A stretch of 64,000 bases of DNA from Octopus vulgaris (lineage: Eukaryota). The position numbers were made by a program, and so were the translations under genes. Positions 41,736-55,574 of this stretch are shown here, in pieces. The first letter of the stretch is position 1. Each line of letters starts with the position of its first letter. Under the pieces are notes generated by a model that saw only the letters and a program-made list of their open reading frames with translations, had not been told where the DNA came from and did not search any database. The DNA is taken from the NCBI GenBank assembly GCA_951406725.2, contig OX597827.1:68200001-68264000 (forward strand). Reading direction: 5' to 3'.

Positions 41736-42485
41736 TTATATATATAAGATATATGTGTGTATGTATGTAAATACACACACTCGCGCAGATGGCTTCGTAC
41801 TCGATTTTGAGGCATCAAATGGTAAAATGTTTGACACTGCACGAGTAGTAGTACGACATAATTTTCGAGAGGTTTCACTGACTTTCACATCTAATTATAT
41901 ATGTTTTGACACGTCAAACAATAATGGTTGTTATTTTTTAATTTTCTTTATCTGCATTGAGTTTAAGGTTACGCACGCTGTTCATATTGTCCAACAAGGC
42001 TAAAAATATTTCTTGTTAAAAAAAAGGCAAGTGTCATGTCCAACTTTTAATATTTTAATAACTTCCTGCTTTTAGTTTCTTAAATGTAAAAAAAAGAAAA
42101 GCAGCTTCTGCTTGTGAACAGACACTAAGTGTAGGGTATTTGTGGCCTTCTGGTTAGGATGTTTGGCCCATGATCATAAGGTAGTGAGATCTATTCCTGG
42201 CCGTGGTTCTGACAGCGCTGTTGCATTCTTGAGCTACACCCTTCGCTCAATGTTGCTCCATTTTAAACAACTGCAATGCGACCGAAACCAGTACCGAGTT
42301 TCACTATCTCTCCTTCTTCCCTTATATCTCCGATGTTACACAGGGTGACTATATGCGATCGCAACAAAATAAGCATCTAACAATTATCAATACATGCTAT
42401 CACACCATTACGTATCGACACGTGGACATGCGTTTAGACACAAGCGACCTTACTGAAAAAAAATGTCACATATTTATTTTTCTAA

Positions 42486-42885
42486 GGCAGTGAGCTGGCT
42501 GAATCGTTAGCACACCGGGCAAAATGCTTATCGGTATTTCGTCCGTCTTTATATTCTGAGTTCAAATTCCGCCGAGGTCGACTTTGCCTTTCATCCTTTC
42601 GGGGTCGATAAATTAAGTACCAGTTACGCACTGGGGTCGATATAACCGACTTAATTCCTTTGTCTGTCCTTGTTTGTCCTCTCTGTGTTTAGCGCCTTGT
42701 GGGTAGTAAAAAAATAGGTATTTTGTCTGTCGCTATGTTCTGAGTTCAAATTCCATCGGGGTTGACTTTGCCTTTTATCCTTTCGAGGTCGACAAAATAA
42801 GTACCAGTCAAGCACTATGGTCGTTGTAGTCGACTAATCCCTCCACCCGCGAAATTTCAGGCCTTGTGCCTATTTTAAAATGGAT
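42486..42885 (+). mobile_element. SINE family A dimer
   Basis: Head plus two cores. Confidence 0.85.
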
Positions 42886-43952
42886 TTGACATGCATGTAA
42901 GTGAATGCGCGTGGCTTTGTGGTTTGGGTATTCGGCTCATGATCGTAGGATCTTGAGTTCAATTCCAGGCGTTAATTGCGTTAATTTCACGAGCAGGCTG
43001 TTGCGTTGATCGAATCAACTGGAACGTTAGTCGTCGTAACTGACGGAGTACCAGTTACTTACATGTAGCTATGATTATACTTATTACTTAACACCAAGTC
43101 AGCTCAGATCGAGCATTGTTAGGAGCGCAGGGACATTGAAGTTATAACTACCCCATCTTTTTTTTTTATTATACAGAAATAAAGTCCCGCACGACATTAC
43201 ATAACGTTACTCTTTTTAAATTGGTAAAATAGATCTAAGGAATATTTGACTGGTATATCTATCAGCTTTGTAGAACACACGAAGGCTCCCCCGTCGGTTC
43301 ACTGCCTGAGTTTTACAGAAGAAGTATAAGGGTTGGAAAGTTATTCTCACAGTTTCCAAACAAAGGCAAACAGTTCTTTTAAATTTTGAATACATGACCG
43401 TGCTCTTGTTTTTATCCTTTTTTTTTTTAACCAATATATTTTACTTTAATAAATTCATAAGTGTCCCTCATAAGTGTCCCATGCAGTTCGTTTGGAACAG
43501 TAATCAAACTCATTACATCTAGCATCAAAGTTTTTGGGCCACCACGGTCTCGTCAATTAGATAAACTGATGTTAGTGGGGGTTGCTACCTCCTTGTAACA
43601 GACAGGGTTAATATAATTGTTGAAGACATTACCGCAAGAATTTGAATTTTGTCAAGAATGGCTAAATCCAGAATTTCGTTATGGATTCTATGCCTGACCC
43701 TAGTATCACTATTGTGTCCCTTGAGCAAGGGTTATTTGTTCTATATTGTTTTAGTCTAATCAGCTGTAATGAGCCTCAGTCGGCTGCTTGGTAGCAGATC
43801 ATTCACTTTCTCTTTCTCCTCGACTCTTACATCTTTGGTCGTCGTCAGGGTCAAGGGTGAGACAGCAATGTATCATCGATCAAGTGTTTTGCCAATTCTT
43901 TTTTGCGTTATACGTATGTATGACATCCATTATAAATTGACAATGTGAAAAA

Positions 43953-44357
43953 GATGGCGAGCTGGCAGAAACGTTAGCGCGCCGGGCGAAATGCTTAGCA
44001 GTATTTCGTCTGTCGTTACGTTCTGAGTTCAAATTCCGCCGAGGTCGACTTTGCCTTTCATCCTTTCGGGGTCGATAAAAAAAGTACCAATTTCACCCTG
44101 GGGTCGATGTAATTGACTTAATCCCTTTGTCTGTCCTTGTTTGTCCCCTCTGTGTTTAGCCCCTTGTGGGTAGTAAAGAAATAGGTATTTCGTCTGTCGT
44201 TACGTTCTGAGTTCAAATTCCGCCGAGGTCGACTTTGCCTTTCATCCTTTCGGGGTCGATAAATAAAGTACCAGTTTCGCTCTAGGGTCGATGTAATTGA
44301 CTTAATCCCTTTGTCTGTCCCCTCTGGATGTAGCCCCTTGTGGGCAATAAAGACATA
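43953..44357 (+). mobile_element. SINE family A dimer with a single TSD
   Basis: 18-bp TSD tataaattgacaatgtga at 43931-43948 and 44358-44375. Confidence 0.9.
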
Positions 44358-45199
44358 TATAAATTGACAATGTGAGTGTGTGTGGTGGTGTATGAGTAAT
44401 TGGGAGAAGAGCACTCTCTGTAGAAGAGATTTGTCGATAATATTTTTCCTATTTTGTTTTATTTAGTCTTCTATGATGTACTGCATTACCATTTTTTTTA
44501 TTGGAAGGGTATGGTGATTTGATGGGAGAATGTCGTACTTGTATTGGCAAATGGAACCGTTTGTAACTTTCAATTTTGCAATCAAATCGGATTTTGCAAC
44601 TTTATTCTTCGAATTCCTAATAAAACTGCAATGTACTTATTACAAGTTTGAAGAAGATACGTTTGCATGTGTGTGTGTGTGTGCGTGTGTGTGCGTGTAT
44701 GTGTGTGTGTGTGTGTCTGTGTGTGTGCGTGTGCGTTTATCCTCCACTACCATTTGATATCTACTGCTGGCTTGCTTACAACCGCAACTTAACGATTCGA
44801 CAAAACAGAACGATAAAGTGCCAGGCTTTAAAAAAATAAGTACTAAGGTCGATTCGTACGATTAAAACCCGCGAAGCCGGTGCCCCAACATGGCCGTAGT
44901 CCAGTAACTAGAAAATAAAAAGAGAAAAAACACACCCACACCACCCACTCCCACACACACACATATGATCCACAACTTAATCTAAGCTAAACTAAGTGTA
45001 CTCCTTCCTCCCAGCTTGAAACTTAAAGTAATTTGTTGTAAATATTTCGTACATTGTATACACCCGTTTGTGCATCGTTTACTGTTAAATCCATGTTTCT
45101 ACATGTTCATCTCCCGGGACCGATGTTTGGGCGCATGAAATGGCTCCCTGATACAACATCATTTTATTTAATAAAATCTATCAGAATACTCTTATTTTT

Positions 45200-45395
45200 A
45201 CTCTTTTGCTCTTTTACTTGTTTCAGTCATTTGACTGCGGCTATGCTGGAGCACCGCATTTAGTCGAGCAAATCGACCACAGGACTTATTCGTTGTAAGC
45301 TTAGTACTTATGCTATCGGTCTCTTTTGCCGAACCACTAAGTTACGGGGACGTAAACATACTAGCATCGGTTGTCAAGCGATGTTGGGAGGACAA

Positions 45396-45436
<41 letters not shown>

Positions 45437-45603
45437 CACATATATACGATGAGCTTCTTTCAGTTTCAGTCTACCAGATCCACTCACAAGGTTTTGGTCG
45501 GCCCGAGGCTATAGTAGAAGACACTTGCCCAAGGTGTCACGCAGTAGGACTGAACCCAGAACCATGTGGCTGGTAAGCAAGCTACTTACCACAGAGCTAC
45601 ACC
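45200..45603 (-). mobile_element. SINE family C
   Basis: Collinear with 41319-41735. Confidence 0.85.
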
Positions 45604-46539
45604 TTTTATATATATATAAAATTTACGATTATCAAGATCATTGCTTCTCTGATGTGACATATCGGCAGTTTTTTTTTTCCCAATGTGCAAGGTACCAGTA
45701 ATATTTCTTAGTAATATTAATTTATACCGGTAGCAATATATATAACGAATATAATAAAAGTTCATGGTATATAAAAGTTATGGTATATAAATTTTGTAAA
45801 CAAATTATACAATATTATATAAGCATTTTATAAGCATTTTGTAATGTTTCTTTCTTTTCTGGAAACTCGTCGCGTACCGGCACTGGATGGCTCGCGGATC
45901 GGCACCGGTCCGCGGACCGCCAATTTGAGTAGCACTCATCCAGATGATATATGAGTTATTAACATTCAATCGATATAAAGCAAAAAAGATTATGACGATG
46001 ATAGTACATTTATCGGTTAGAGTAGAAGACGGTTTGGTACTATAATGCCAAAGAAATATCCTAATAATCGTAAATTAGACAAACGATCAGAATATCTCTG
46101 AGGTTCAATGATTGTTTGGTTACGTTAAGTTGCCACCGTATTAAAGTATCTCTATCTGAGCAGATCTTTCACCAACAGCATTGTCTAATGCTTCTTGTTG
46201 CATGACAGTAACATGTGATCCGGGGAAAACTGACTGCTATTTCTAACAAAATCTAGCAACCACATAGAGGCGTAACTCATCAACGCGCATTATCTAGTAT
46301 GTGTAGGACAGAGGCGACAACAAGCCAGTACGATGATAACTATTTGTTGTTTTGTTTTGATTCTCTGTGACAAGAGCGAAAGTGAATCCCGATGCTAATG
46401 GACTAACCAGCCAGCATAATTACATTACTGTACATTCTTTTGTGTTGAACGTCAGTTACAGGATATATATATATACACACACACACATATACATACACAT
46501 ACATACATATATATATATATACACATACATACATACATG

Positions 46540-46586
<47 letters not shown>

Positions 46587-46744
46587 AGGAGTGACTGTGT
46601 AGTAAGTGGCTTGCTTACCAATCACAAGGTTCTGGGTTCAGTTCCACTGCGTGGCACCTTGGGCAACAGTCATCTGTTATAGCTTCGGGCCGACCAAAAC
46701 CTTGTGAGTGGATTTGGTAGACGGAAGCTAAAAGATACCCGTCG

Positions 46745-46748
<4 letters not shown>
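46587..46748 (+). mobile_element. SINE family C 5' half
   Basis: aggagtgactgtgtagtaag...gtggcaccttgggcaa...cccgtcgtata, then microsatellite. Confidence 0.75.
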
Positions 46749-46824
<76 letters not shown>

Positions 46825-46850
46825 GATTTGAATCTAAATTTTGTTGAACT

Positions 46851-46882
<32 letters not shown>

Positions 46883-46907
46883 GATTTGAATCTAAATTTT
46901 TGTTGAA

Positions 46908-46949
<42 letters not shown>

Positions 46950-47320
46950 CATGTATGTATGTATGTATGTATGTATGTATGTATGTATGTATGTATAATA
47001 TATATATATCTAGGACTTTTCGTCTGAAACACTTCGGTCTAACACGCTATAGCCTGAAGAACTTTGGTTTAAAGTGACTTTTGTATAAATACACTATAGT
47101 CTAAAGACATTTCTGTCTAAATGCCATTTTGTATAAAGACAATTTTGTCTAAACTCACTCTGGTCTAATAACTATTTTGCATATAGAATCTAAAAAAAGA
47201 ATGTAAAAGATCTAAATAAATATACTCTAATAATCCTTTGGGGTTGATATAATCTACTTAATCCGTTTGTCCGTCCTTGTTTGTCCCCTCTTTGTTTAGC
47301 CCCTTGTGTATAGTAAAGAA

Positions 47321-47385
<65 letters not shown>

Positions 47386-47645
47386 GTACAGGTTAATGTA
47401 TATATATACCTAATGCACATTTACATATAAATACATATAGGCCATATGCGTATATTTACATGCCATACGAAATACAGAGCAACGAATCACTGGGATCGAT
47501 GCAATTGATTTACCCTTCCCTCTAGAATTTCAGACCTTATGCCTGTAGCAGAAAGGATTATTAGAGCAATGAACTGGTTGAATCGTCATCACGCCGGACG
47601 ACATACTTAGCGATATTTCTTTCGAAAGTTCTGAGTTCTAATACC

Positions 47646-48095
47646 TATTTCTTTACTACCCACAAGGGGCTGAACACAGAGAGGACAAACAAGGACAGAC
47701 AAACGGATTAAAGTCGATTACATCGACCCCAGTGCATAACTGGTACTTAATTTATCGACGCCGAAAGGATGAAAGGCAAAGTCGATCTCGGCAGAATTTG
47801 AACTCAGAACGTAACGGCAGACGAAATACGGCTACGCATTTCGGCCGGCGTGCTAACGTTTCTTATTTCTTTATTGCCCACAAGGGGCTAAACACAGAGG
47901 GGACAAACAAGGACAGACATAGGTATTAAGTCGATTACATCGACCCCAGTGCGTAACTGGTACTTAATTTATCGAGCCCGAAAGGATGAAAGGCAAAGTC
48001 GACCTCGGCGGAATTTGAACTCAGTACGTAGCGGCAGACGAAATACCGCTAAGCATTTCACCCAGCGTGCTAACGTTTCTGACAGCTCGCCGCCC
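47646..48095 (-). mobile_element. SINE family A dimer nested in an older sense copy
   Basis: 16-bp TSD tctgagttctaatacc at 47630-47645 and 48096-48111; host copy spans ~47565-48250. Confidence 0.85.
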
Positions 48096-48441
48096 TCTGA
48101 GTTCTAATACCACCGAGGTCAACTTCGTCTCTTATTGTTTTAAAAATAATGTACCAGTTAAATATTGAAGTCGGTGTAATCGACTTGTTCCCCACCTCAC
48201 TTCCATCACAAAATTATTGGCTTCGTGCCAAAATTGGGAAGAATTATTCTAGAGTTCATTTCTTTATTCTTAGATGAAACTTTTTTTCTGATATTTTAAT
48301 AAAATTATGCTTAAATATGAAGATACCGACTTTAAGACAAATTGGTAACCGTGTAAGAAACAAATGTAGGCGGTGACTCGGACAATATTACAGCGCCAAC
48401 CAATAAAATCTCGAGTCAAGTCTTTCTTGATTTATAGTCGC

Positions 48442-48463
48442 AGTAGTAGTAGTAGTAGTAGTA

Positions 48464-48531
<68 letters not shown>

Positions 48532-48555
48532 CAATAATAATGATAATAATAATAA

Positions 48556-48587
<32 letters not shown>

Positions 48588-48590
48588 ACG
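48442..48590. repeat. Compound trinucleotide repeat (AGT)n(AAT)n(AAG)n
   Basis: Seen directly. Confidence 0.95.
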
Positions 48591-49913
48591 TCATGGAAGA
48601 AGCTGGGTAAATCAGTTTGGATTTGAATCCAGGCGAAAAAAGAATGATGCAGCATAGCGGGTGGTACAGCTTTTCGGAACATCAGCATATAATGGATGGG
48701 GAAGGTATGTGTGTGGGAGGGCGACCGTCATTGAGACGTGCAGGACGAATTTTTAGAGTCTTTGAGTGGAGTAGTAGATTGGGAGGACAAGACAGTTCTT
48801 GCAATCATTGGCTGTGGCAAAACCAACAGAAAGAAGAGGAAGAAGAAGAAGAAAATGTAATTATCTATATAAGTACTTTCATGTATGATATTGTGTAGAA
48901 ACGTGAACTATGAATTTATCAAGCCAAAACAAATGTAGATAACAGAGATGAGGTGGGGGAGAGATTAATTGGCGCGTTCACTGTGCGCTCCGATAATTGC
49001 CAAAACAGTTTTTCACTTTGGAGAGAGAAGACCAGCGTTACAGCGTTCATCACACGAGTAAGCATCCGCCATCTTGTAACACTTCGCTGGAAACTGTGTG
49101 ATCAAGGAAGGATGGCATTCACAAAGCACAGTGTAAATCACCTAAACATTAGCTTTCTTTCATCCTGCCTTTGTGATTTTCTTTTTAACCTAACACCCCC
49201 TCGATCAGACAAAAGGTTTCCTTTTAAACTAAATGAACCCTTAATAAATCGTATTTCCTTCAATTCAAAACGGATGACTCTCTACTGAGGAATTGTCTCG
49301 GTCATACCTTTTATTTCACAATTTCTTTTCATATTCCAAAATTTTGTAATTTTGTTGTTTTTTTAATTCTATTAATTCTTTATTTATATTTTTTCCTCAG
49401 CTCTCGTACACATTCCACTACTATCACCCCTTAATTCTTTCATATAGTATGTCTCTGTGTACAATATAATAAGTTCAAATATTCGAATTTAGTTTGTGAT
49501 ATTCAAAGAGCAATGAAATTGGTAGTATACTAAACATTGTGTTAAAACCTAGCTTATTTAGTACTGGGCAGTTCTGAGCTCAGTTAGTACTGGTGTCAAA
49601 ATAGCATATTCATAGGTACATATGACATCCAGAATGTACAAAGAATTAATTGCAATTAATCTCTTCATTTAATACATTCTCAAGACAAAATTATCCGATG
49701 GTGTAATTCGTTTTTCCAAGAAATAAATATTTGTCCTGAACGTCAAAATATCTCAGATTTTAGACACGAGATATTTACGCAACAGTATCACTGTGACGAA
49801 CTTTGTGTCGCCCTCACACACACACACACGCATCGCATTCTTGTCTGTCTGGCTTTTTATATATATGTAAATATAGATATATGAGTATACATATATATAC
49901 ATAGACCTATATA

Positions 49914-49929
<16 letters not shown>

Positions 49930-49948
<19 letters not shown>

Positions 49949-50046
49949 GTGTGTGTGTATACATATATATATATATACATATATATATACACATATGAAT
50001 ACATACATGTATATATATATATAAATACACACACATGAATACATAC

Positions 50047-50090
<44 letters not shown>

Positions 50091-50216
50091 ACATATATAT
50101 ATGTATACTCATATGTATATATATATATATATATATATGTATACATATATATATGTATACTCATATGTATATATATATATATATATATAAAATACACACA
50201 TGAATACATACGTGTA

Positions 50217-50254
<38 letters not shown>

Positions 50255-50275
50255 AATACACACATGAATACATAC

Positions 50276-50312
<37 letters not shown>

Positions 50313-50382
50313 CACACATGAATACATACGTGTATATATATATATATATATATATAAATACACACATGAATACATACGTGTA

Positions 50383-50418
<36 letters not shown>

Positions 50419-50442
50419 AATACACACATGAATACATACGTG

Positions 50443-50478
<36 letters not shown>

Positions 50479-50502
50479 AATACACACATGAATACATACG
50501 TG

Positions 50503-50534
<32 letters not shown>

Positions 50535-50945
50535 AATATATATACACATGAATGCATACATGTATATATATACACATATATATGTATATATTCATTTATG
50601 TATATAAATATTATATATATGCATATATACGTATGTATACATATATGTGTATATATATATGTATATATATATGTATATATATATATATATATATGTATTC
50701 ATATATGTGTATGTATATATATATAAATATGTATTCATATATGTGTATATATATATATGTATTCATATATGTGTATGTATATATATATATATATGTGTAT
50801 TCATATATGTATATATATATATATATATATGTATTCATATATGTGTATATATATATATATATGCATTCATATATGTGTATATATATATATATGTATTCAT
50901 ATATGTATATATATATATATGTATTCATATATGTGTATGTATGTC
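49930..50945. repeat. (TA)n-based higher-order minisatellite
   Basis: Units aaatacacacatgaatacatacgtg(ta)n followed by units atgtattcatatatgtg(ta)n. Confidence 0.9.
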
Positions 50946-51770
50946 CATCTGAACTGTGAAAAGTGTTGGTGGGTGTCCTTAAAGATATTGGCTCATCAGT
51001 TAAAAGAGACAGGTAAAAAGACATTGATAAATGTTGCATTGATATTAGACAAACTGAAGAAACCATTATTACTTAAGTGTGACAGTTTTCAAAATAAATG
51101 CCTCAAACTGTAACATAATTATCTATGCTGTCAACGATGACACCTTTTATATCTACAATAATTTTGCTTGTCTATCAAAGCGTTTAACGATAGTTATAGC
51201 GATGCATTTACAAAAATTCTCATAAAATTTTGACAAAAATATTACGATATTAGAGTACTTAAAAAGATTTACATATATAGTGTTACTAATAGCAGTTATT
51301 TTATAATCACCTGTTGTGCGACTTATACCAAGAATTTCTTGGTTTCCCTGCTTATTTATCTGTATATTTAAATTGTTTCTATTTTTCCTAATATTTACGC
51401 TGCTACTGAAACACATCATTAACTTTAAATGCTTACTGTAACTCACCTGACAGTTTCTCAATGCAGTATATTAAGCACTTCATCTTTCCACTCATTTTCC
51501 TTTTACTTCACCTCTACTCTATTTCACGTTGGATTCCATTCAACTTGTGCATTACTTTTTCGCAGAGACAGGACAAATACATACATATCTAATTATTAAA
51601 TGTGTATGTGTGTGTGTGTGTGTGTGTGTGTTAATTAAGGAGTGCAGGCGTTTGTGTAACTGTGTGTTATCTAACTATAGTATATACGTATAAGCATGTA
51701 TGCATATTTGCAAATATTTCCATTTCATTTATTCATATATTGCAAATATATATAGATACACACACACACA

Positions 51771-51813
<43 letters not shown>

Positions 51814-52205
51814 CAGAGACAGACGGAGAGCATCAATTATGCCTATATTATATGTATGCATGCATGTGTGTATGTCTGTTCTATTAAAAATAATAAAATC
51901 TATATATAACTTGTATGTATTAGGTAATAAAGATATGTGTGTACATAATATTAGTGTAAGATATAGAATATATAGTATATATAGTATATATAGTAAAATG
52001 AAATGAAGTATTGATTGTCTTATTGAATAGATGAAATATTGAACATCAAATATTAAGGGACTAGTATACTATCTTGCATTTAAGCAGTCTTCAAGGTCCC
52101 TGGCTGTTGATAGGAATGTCACAAATGTATATAAATGTCCATTATATGTATTTATGTATATATTATATATCATACATATATCCTCATATTAATCTTATAA
52201 GTATA

Positions 52206-52488
52206 CTAGCAGTATCGCCCGGCGTTGCTCAGGTTTGTAAGGGAAATAACTATAAAGCATTTCTGTGGTTTGTGTTTCTGATTCTCGACCCCATGTCGAA
52301 TTTATCGACTTTTTTCAGAACTGGGGGAACTTTTCAAAATTTTCGCTGCGTTAGTTTTGAATTATGACATTGGGCTATGTGTGTGTCAAGTTTCATCAGA
52401 ATCGGTTGAAAGCCGTGGTCAGGGTGAGGGTACAAGCAAACAGACACACAGAAACACGCACAGACAAACTGCCGTTTATATATAGAGA
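52206..52488 (-). mobile_element. Complete non-autonomous Helitron
   Basis: Minus strand A|TCtctatatataaacggcagtttgtctgtg ... cctgagcaacgccgggcgatactgCTAG|T: 5' TC, imperfect 3' hairpin, CTAG end, inserted between A and T, no TSD. Confidence 0.85.
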
Positions 52489-52650
52489 TGTATGTATTGA
52501 AATATATATGTACATGTACATTTTTCATTCATATATATATACGTGCGTGTATATTAATTAGTCGATGTGTGCGAAGTGAATACCGTATACATACATACAT
52601 ATATGTGTGTATGTGTAGATATGTATGTATACATGTAAATATATATGCAT

Positions 52651-52718
<68 letters not shown>

Positions 52719-53518
52719 TGCTTCTTTTGAGTTTTCAAGCGCAAGTCGAAGGTAAATTTTAAATGTTTGTTGGTATTTCTCTTACACTCCATTACAATTT
52801 TATTATCAGCATTTTGCGCTAGTTATGCACCGTTTCACGGCCAGCTATACTCGTAGCAGTAGCAACATGTTTTGTGAGAAAAACCCTCTGTTCCCCCTGA
52901 CTTTTTCTCACTCTCCTCTCTTTCTCTCGTGCACACACACACACACACGTTTATATATGCTAACGAGTCTGCCTGCTCATCGCTTTAATAATGATGATAA
53001 TGATGATGATGATGATCGGTGCAAGTTTCAAAGTGACCAAATGGCCGTGAATTTGGTGCATAGATAAGTTTCTTGCACGAAAGTGTCGTCCCTTTAGCCA
53101 CTCCGTAACTTTTGCTCATTATCGATAATAAAAGATATGTATACATGTACTCATGTATTGAGTCCTCTTGTCCTGCATGCCACCACACACACACACACAA
53201 TCTCGTGTGCATGTATATATATATATATATATATATATAGTGACGTATATTTGCCATTTGAATATGGCTAACCCCTAAGGGTGGATGCTACTATAGTTTA
53301 TAGCCCCAGGAGGACACCTCCTCCAGCTGGCTATAGACACACTTTCTGTGCCCTATCAGTATTTGCAAAGGGAAGCCATCCTTCCCGTCTTCAACTTATG
53401 ATACACACGGACTCGAGTGTGACAATCATAGTTGTCGATGAGAATTAGGTTCCCTTCACAAATACATATACTTTTTCCAGTATCGATTGACACTGATATT
53501 GAAAAAGTGTAATCAAAC

Positions 53519-53604
<86 letters not shown>

Positions 53605-54164
53605 GAGTGAGTGGACAAAAATGGCTGTCGACTAACATCGCGCTTGAAACTCAAATGTACACAAATATTTTTATGTAGCTAATACATACAAGTTATGTAT
53701 GATAATTTGTAACTGTACAAAGTTGTGTATTCGAGTCGTTTTCAAACATTTCAACTAGAACATGTCAATACTCTCAAGAGACTTTTGCGGTTCAGATTCA
53801 TTTGATTCCAAATACCAAAAGCAGCGATAACATCTCAAAATAACATACCCAGAAGCTAATTAATGACAGATATATTTTTTTTATTTTCTTATTTTCAATG
53901 ACGTTTCGTACATTTATACCTAAGATGAAATACAAGGACACATGTATTTGGATATATAAATATATCCTTACGTTCTATATGAGTACGGTTACGTGTGCAT
54001 ATGTAATATCTATAATAATGTCTATATAGCTATCTGTCTCTATAATCCACCCATACATACATACACACATGCATACACACATATATGATGAAGGGTCCTT
54101 TCTCTGTGTTTACTTGTCCTGTTTATCATTTTTTCCTCGTTGTTTACGTATTTAACTCGTTTAC

Positions 54165-54380
54165 TCTCTCTCTTTTACTCTTTTACTTGTTTCAGTCATT
54201 TGACTGCGGCCATGCTGGAGCACCGCCTTTAGTCGAGCAAATCGACCCCGGGACTTATTCTTTGTAAGCCCAGTACTTATTCTATCGGTCTCTTTTGCCG
54301 AACCGCTAAGTTACGGGGACGTAAACACACCAGCATCGGTTGTCAAGCAATGCTAGGGGGACAAACACAAACACACACAT

Positions 54381-54419
<39 letters not shown>

Positions 54420-54455
54420 CGACAGGCTTCTTTCAGTTTCCGTCTACCAAATCCA
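54165..54455 (-). mobile_element. SINE family C, 5'-truncated
   Basis: 22-bp TSD ctcgttgtttacgtatttaact at 54136-54157 and 54456-54477. Confidence 0.85.
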
Positions 54456-54649
54456 CTCGTTGTTTACGTATTTAACTAGTTTGTTTACGTATTTCATGTT
54501 ATTTGTACATCCACTCATATATGCACACAGGTTTATGTACCTATCCCTCTATGTGTGTGTGTGTCTGTGTGTGTGTGTCTGTGTGTGTGCATGCATGCAT
54601 TTCCATTCTCCCACACTTCAATCTGTTGCTTTTCAATATAACAATTATC

Positions 54650-55043
54650 AAGCTGGCAAAACCGTTAGCACGTCGGGCGAAATGCTGAGCGGTATTTCGT
54701 CTACCGTTACGTTCTGAGTTCAAATTCCGCCGAGGTCGACTTTTCCTTTCATCCTTTCGGGTTCGATTAAATAAGTACCAGTTACGCACTGGGGTCGATA
54801 TAATTGACTTAATCCGTTTGTCTGTCCTTGTTTGTCCTCTCTGTGTGTAGCCCCTTGTGGGCAGTAAAGAAATATGTAGTTCGTCTGTCTTTACGTTCTG
54901 TGTTCAAATTCCGCCGAGGTCGACTTTTCCTTTCAGCTTTTCAGGGACGATAAATTAAGTACCAGTTGCGTACTGGGGTCGATCTAATCGACTGGCCCGC
55001 CTCCCCTAAAATTTCGGGCCCTGTGCCTAGAGTAGAAAAGAAT
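54650..55043 (+). mobile_element. SINE family A dimer
   Basis: Head, core, tail A, core, tail B. Confidence 0.85.
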
Positions 55044-55101
55044 ATAACAATTATCCTACGTACACATACGTTACACGCACCCAGGAGAGGCACAAAAGCA
55101 A

Positions 55102-55145
<44 letters not shown>

Positions 55146-55574
55146 TGATTCTTGCATGTATCCACAAATACATGATTTATGACTCCAGAGAAGTTCATTA
55201 AATTGAAGATGAATATTAATACACAGTGATAAAGTGACAATTAATATACATATTCTTTCTGCCCTGGTCTAACGAGGCAACTTAATCCTTTTGTTAATCT
55301 CTTGGATTAACTTTATTTTAGGCTATTTAGCAGTACATTAATTACAGTTCAATTTAGATCCCACTTAATTACTCCTTCCAAAATGGATTATGTGAATATA
55401 TATGCATACGTTCAGATAGTCTTGTACGAATGTGTATGTATGTTGTATATTATAAATATTTTATGTTGAACATATTTATAGGTTGTGGCGATTTTGTTGT
55501 TCGTTGGTACCAGTTGAATCTGTGCTTCAATTAACCTGATAAAACCTTAATTATGCTCAGCTGACAACAGGGCT

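Noticed and set aside
50190-50560. Regularly spaced repeats resembling a CRISPR array (also 46818-46912)
   Set aside because: Spacers are (TA)n runs rather than unique sequence, the context is eukaryotic, and no cas genes are present.
52985-53067. DDDDD...NLV peptide as a possible next MMP exon
   Set aside because: It is a (GAT)n repeat with no HFD, AHA or HExxH motif and a stop follows immediately.
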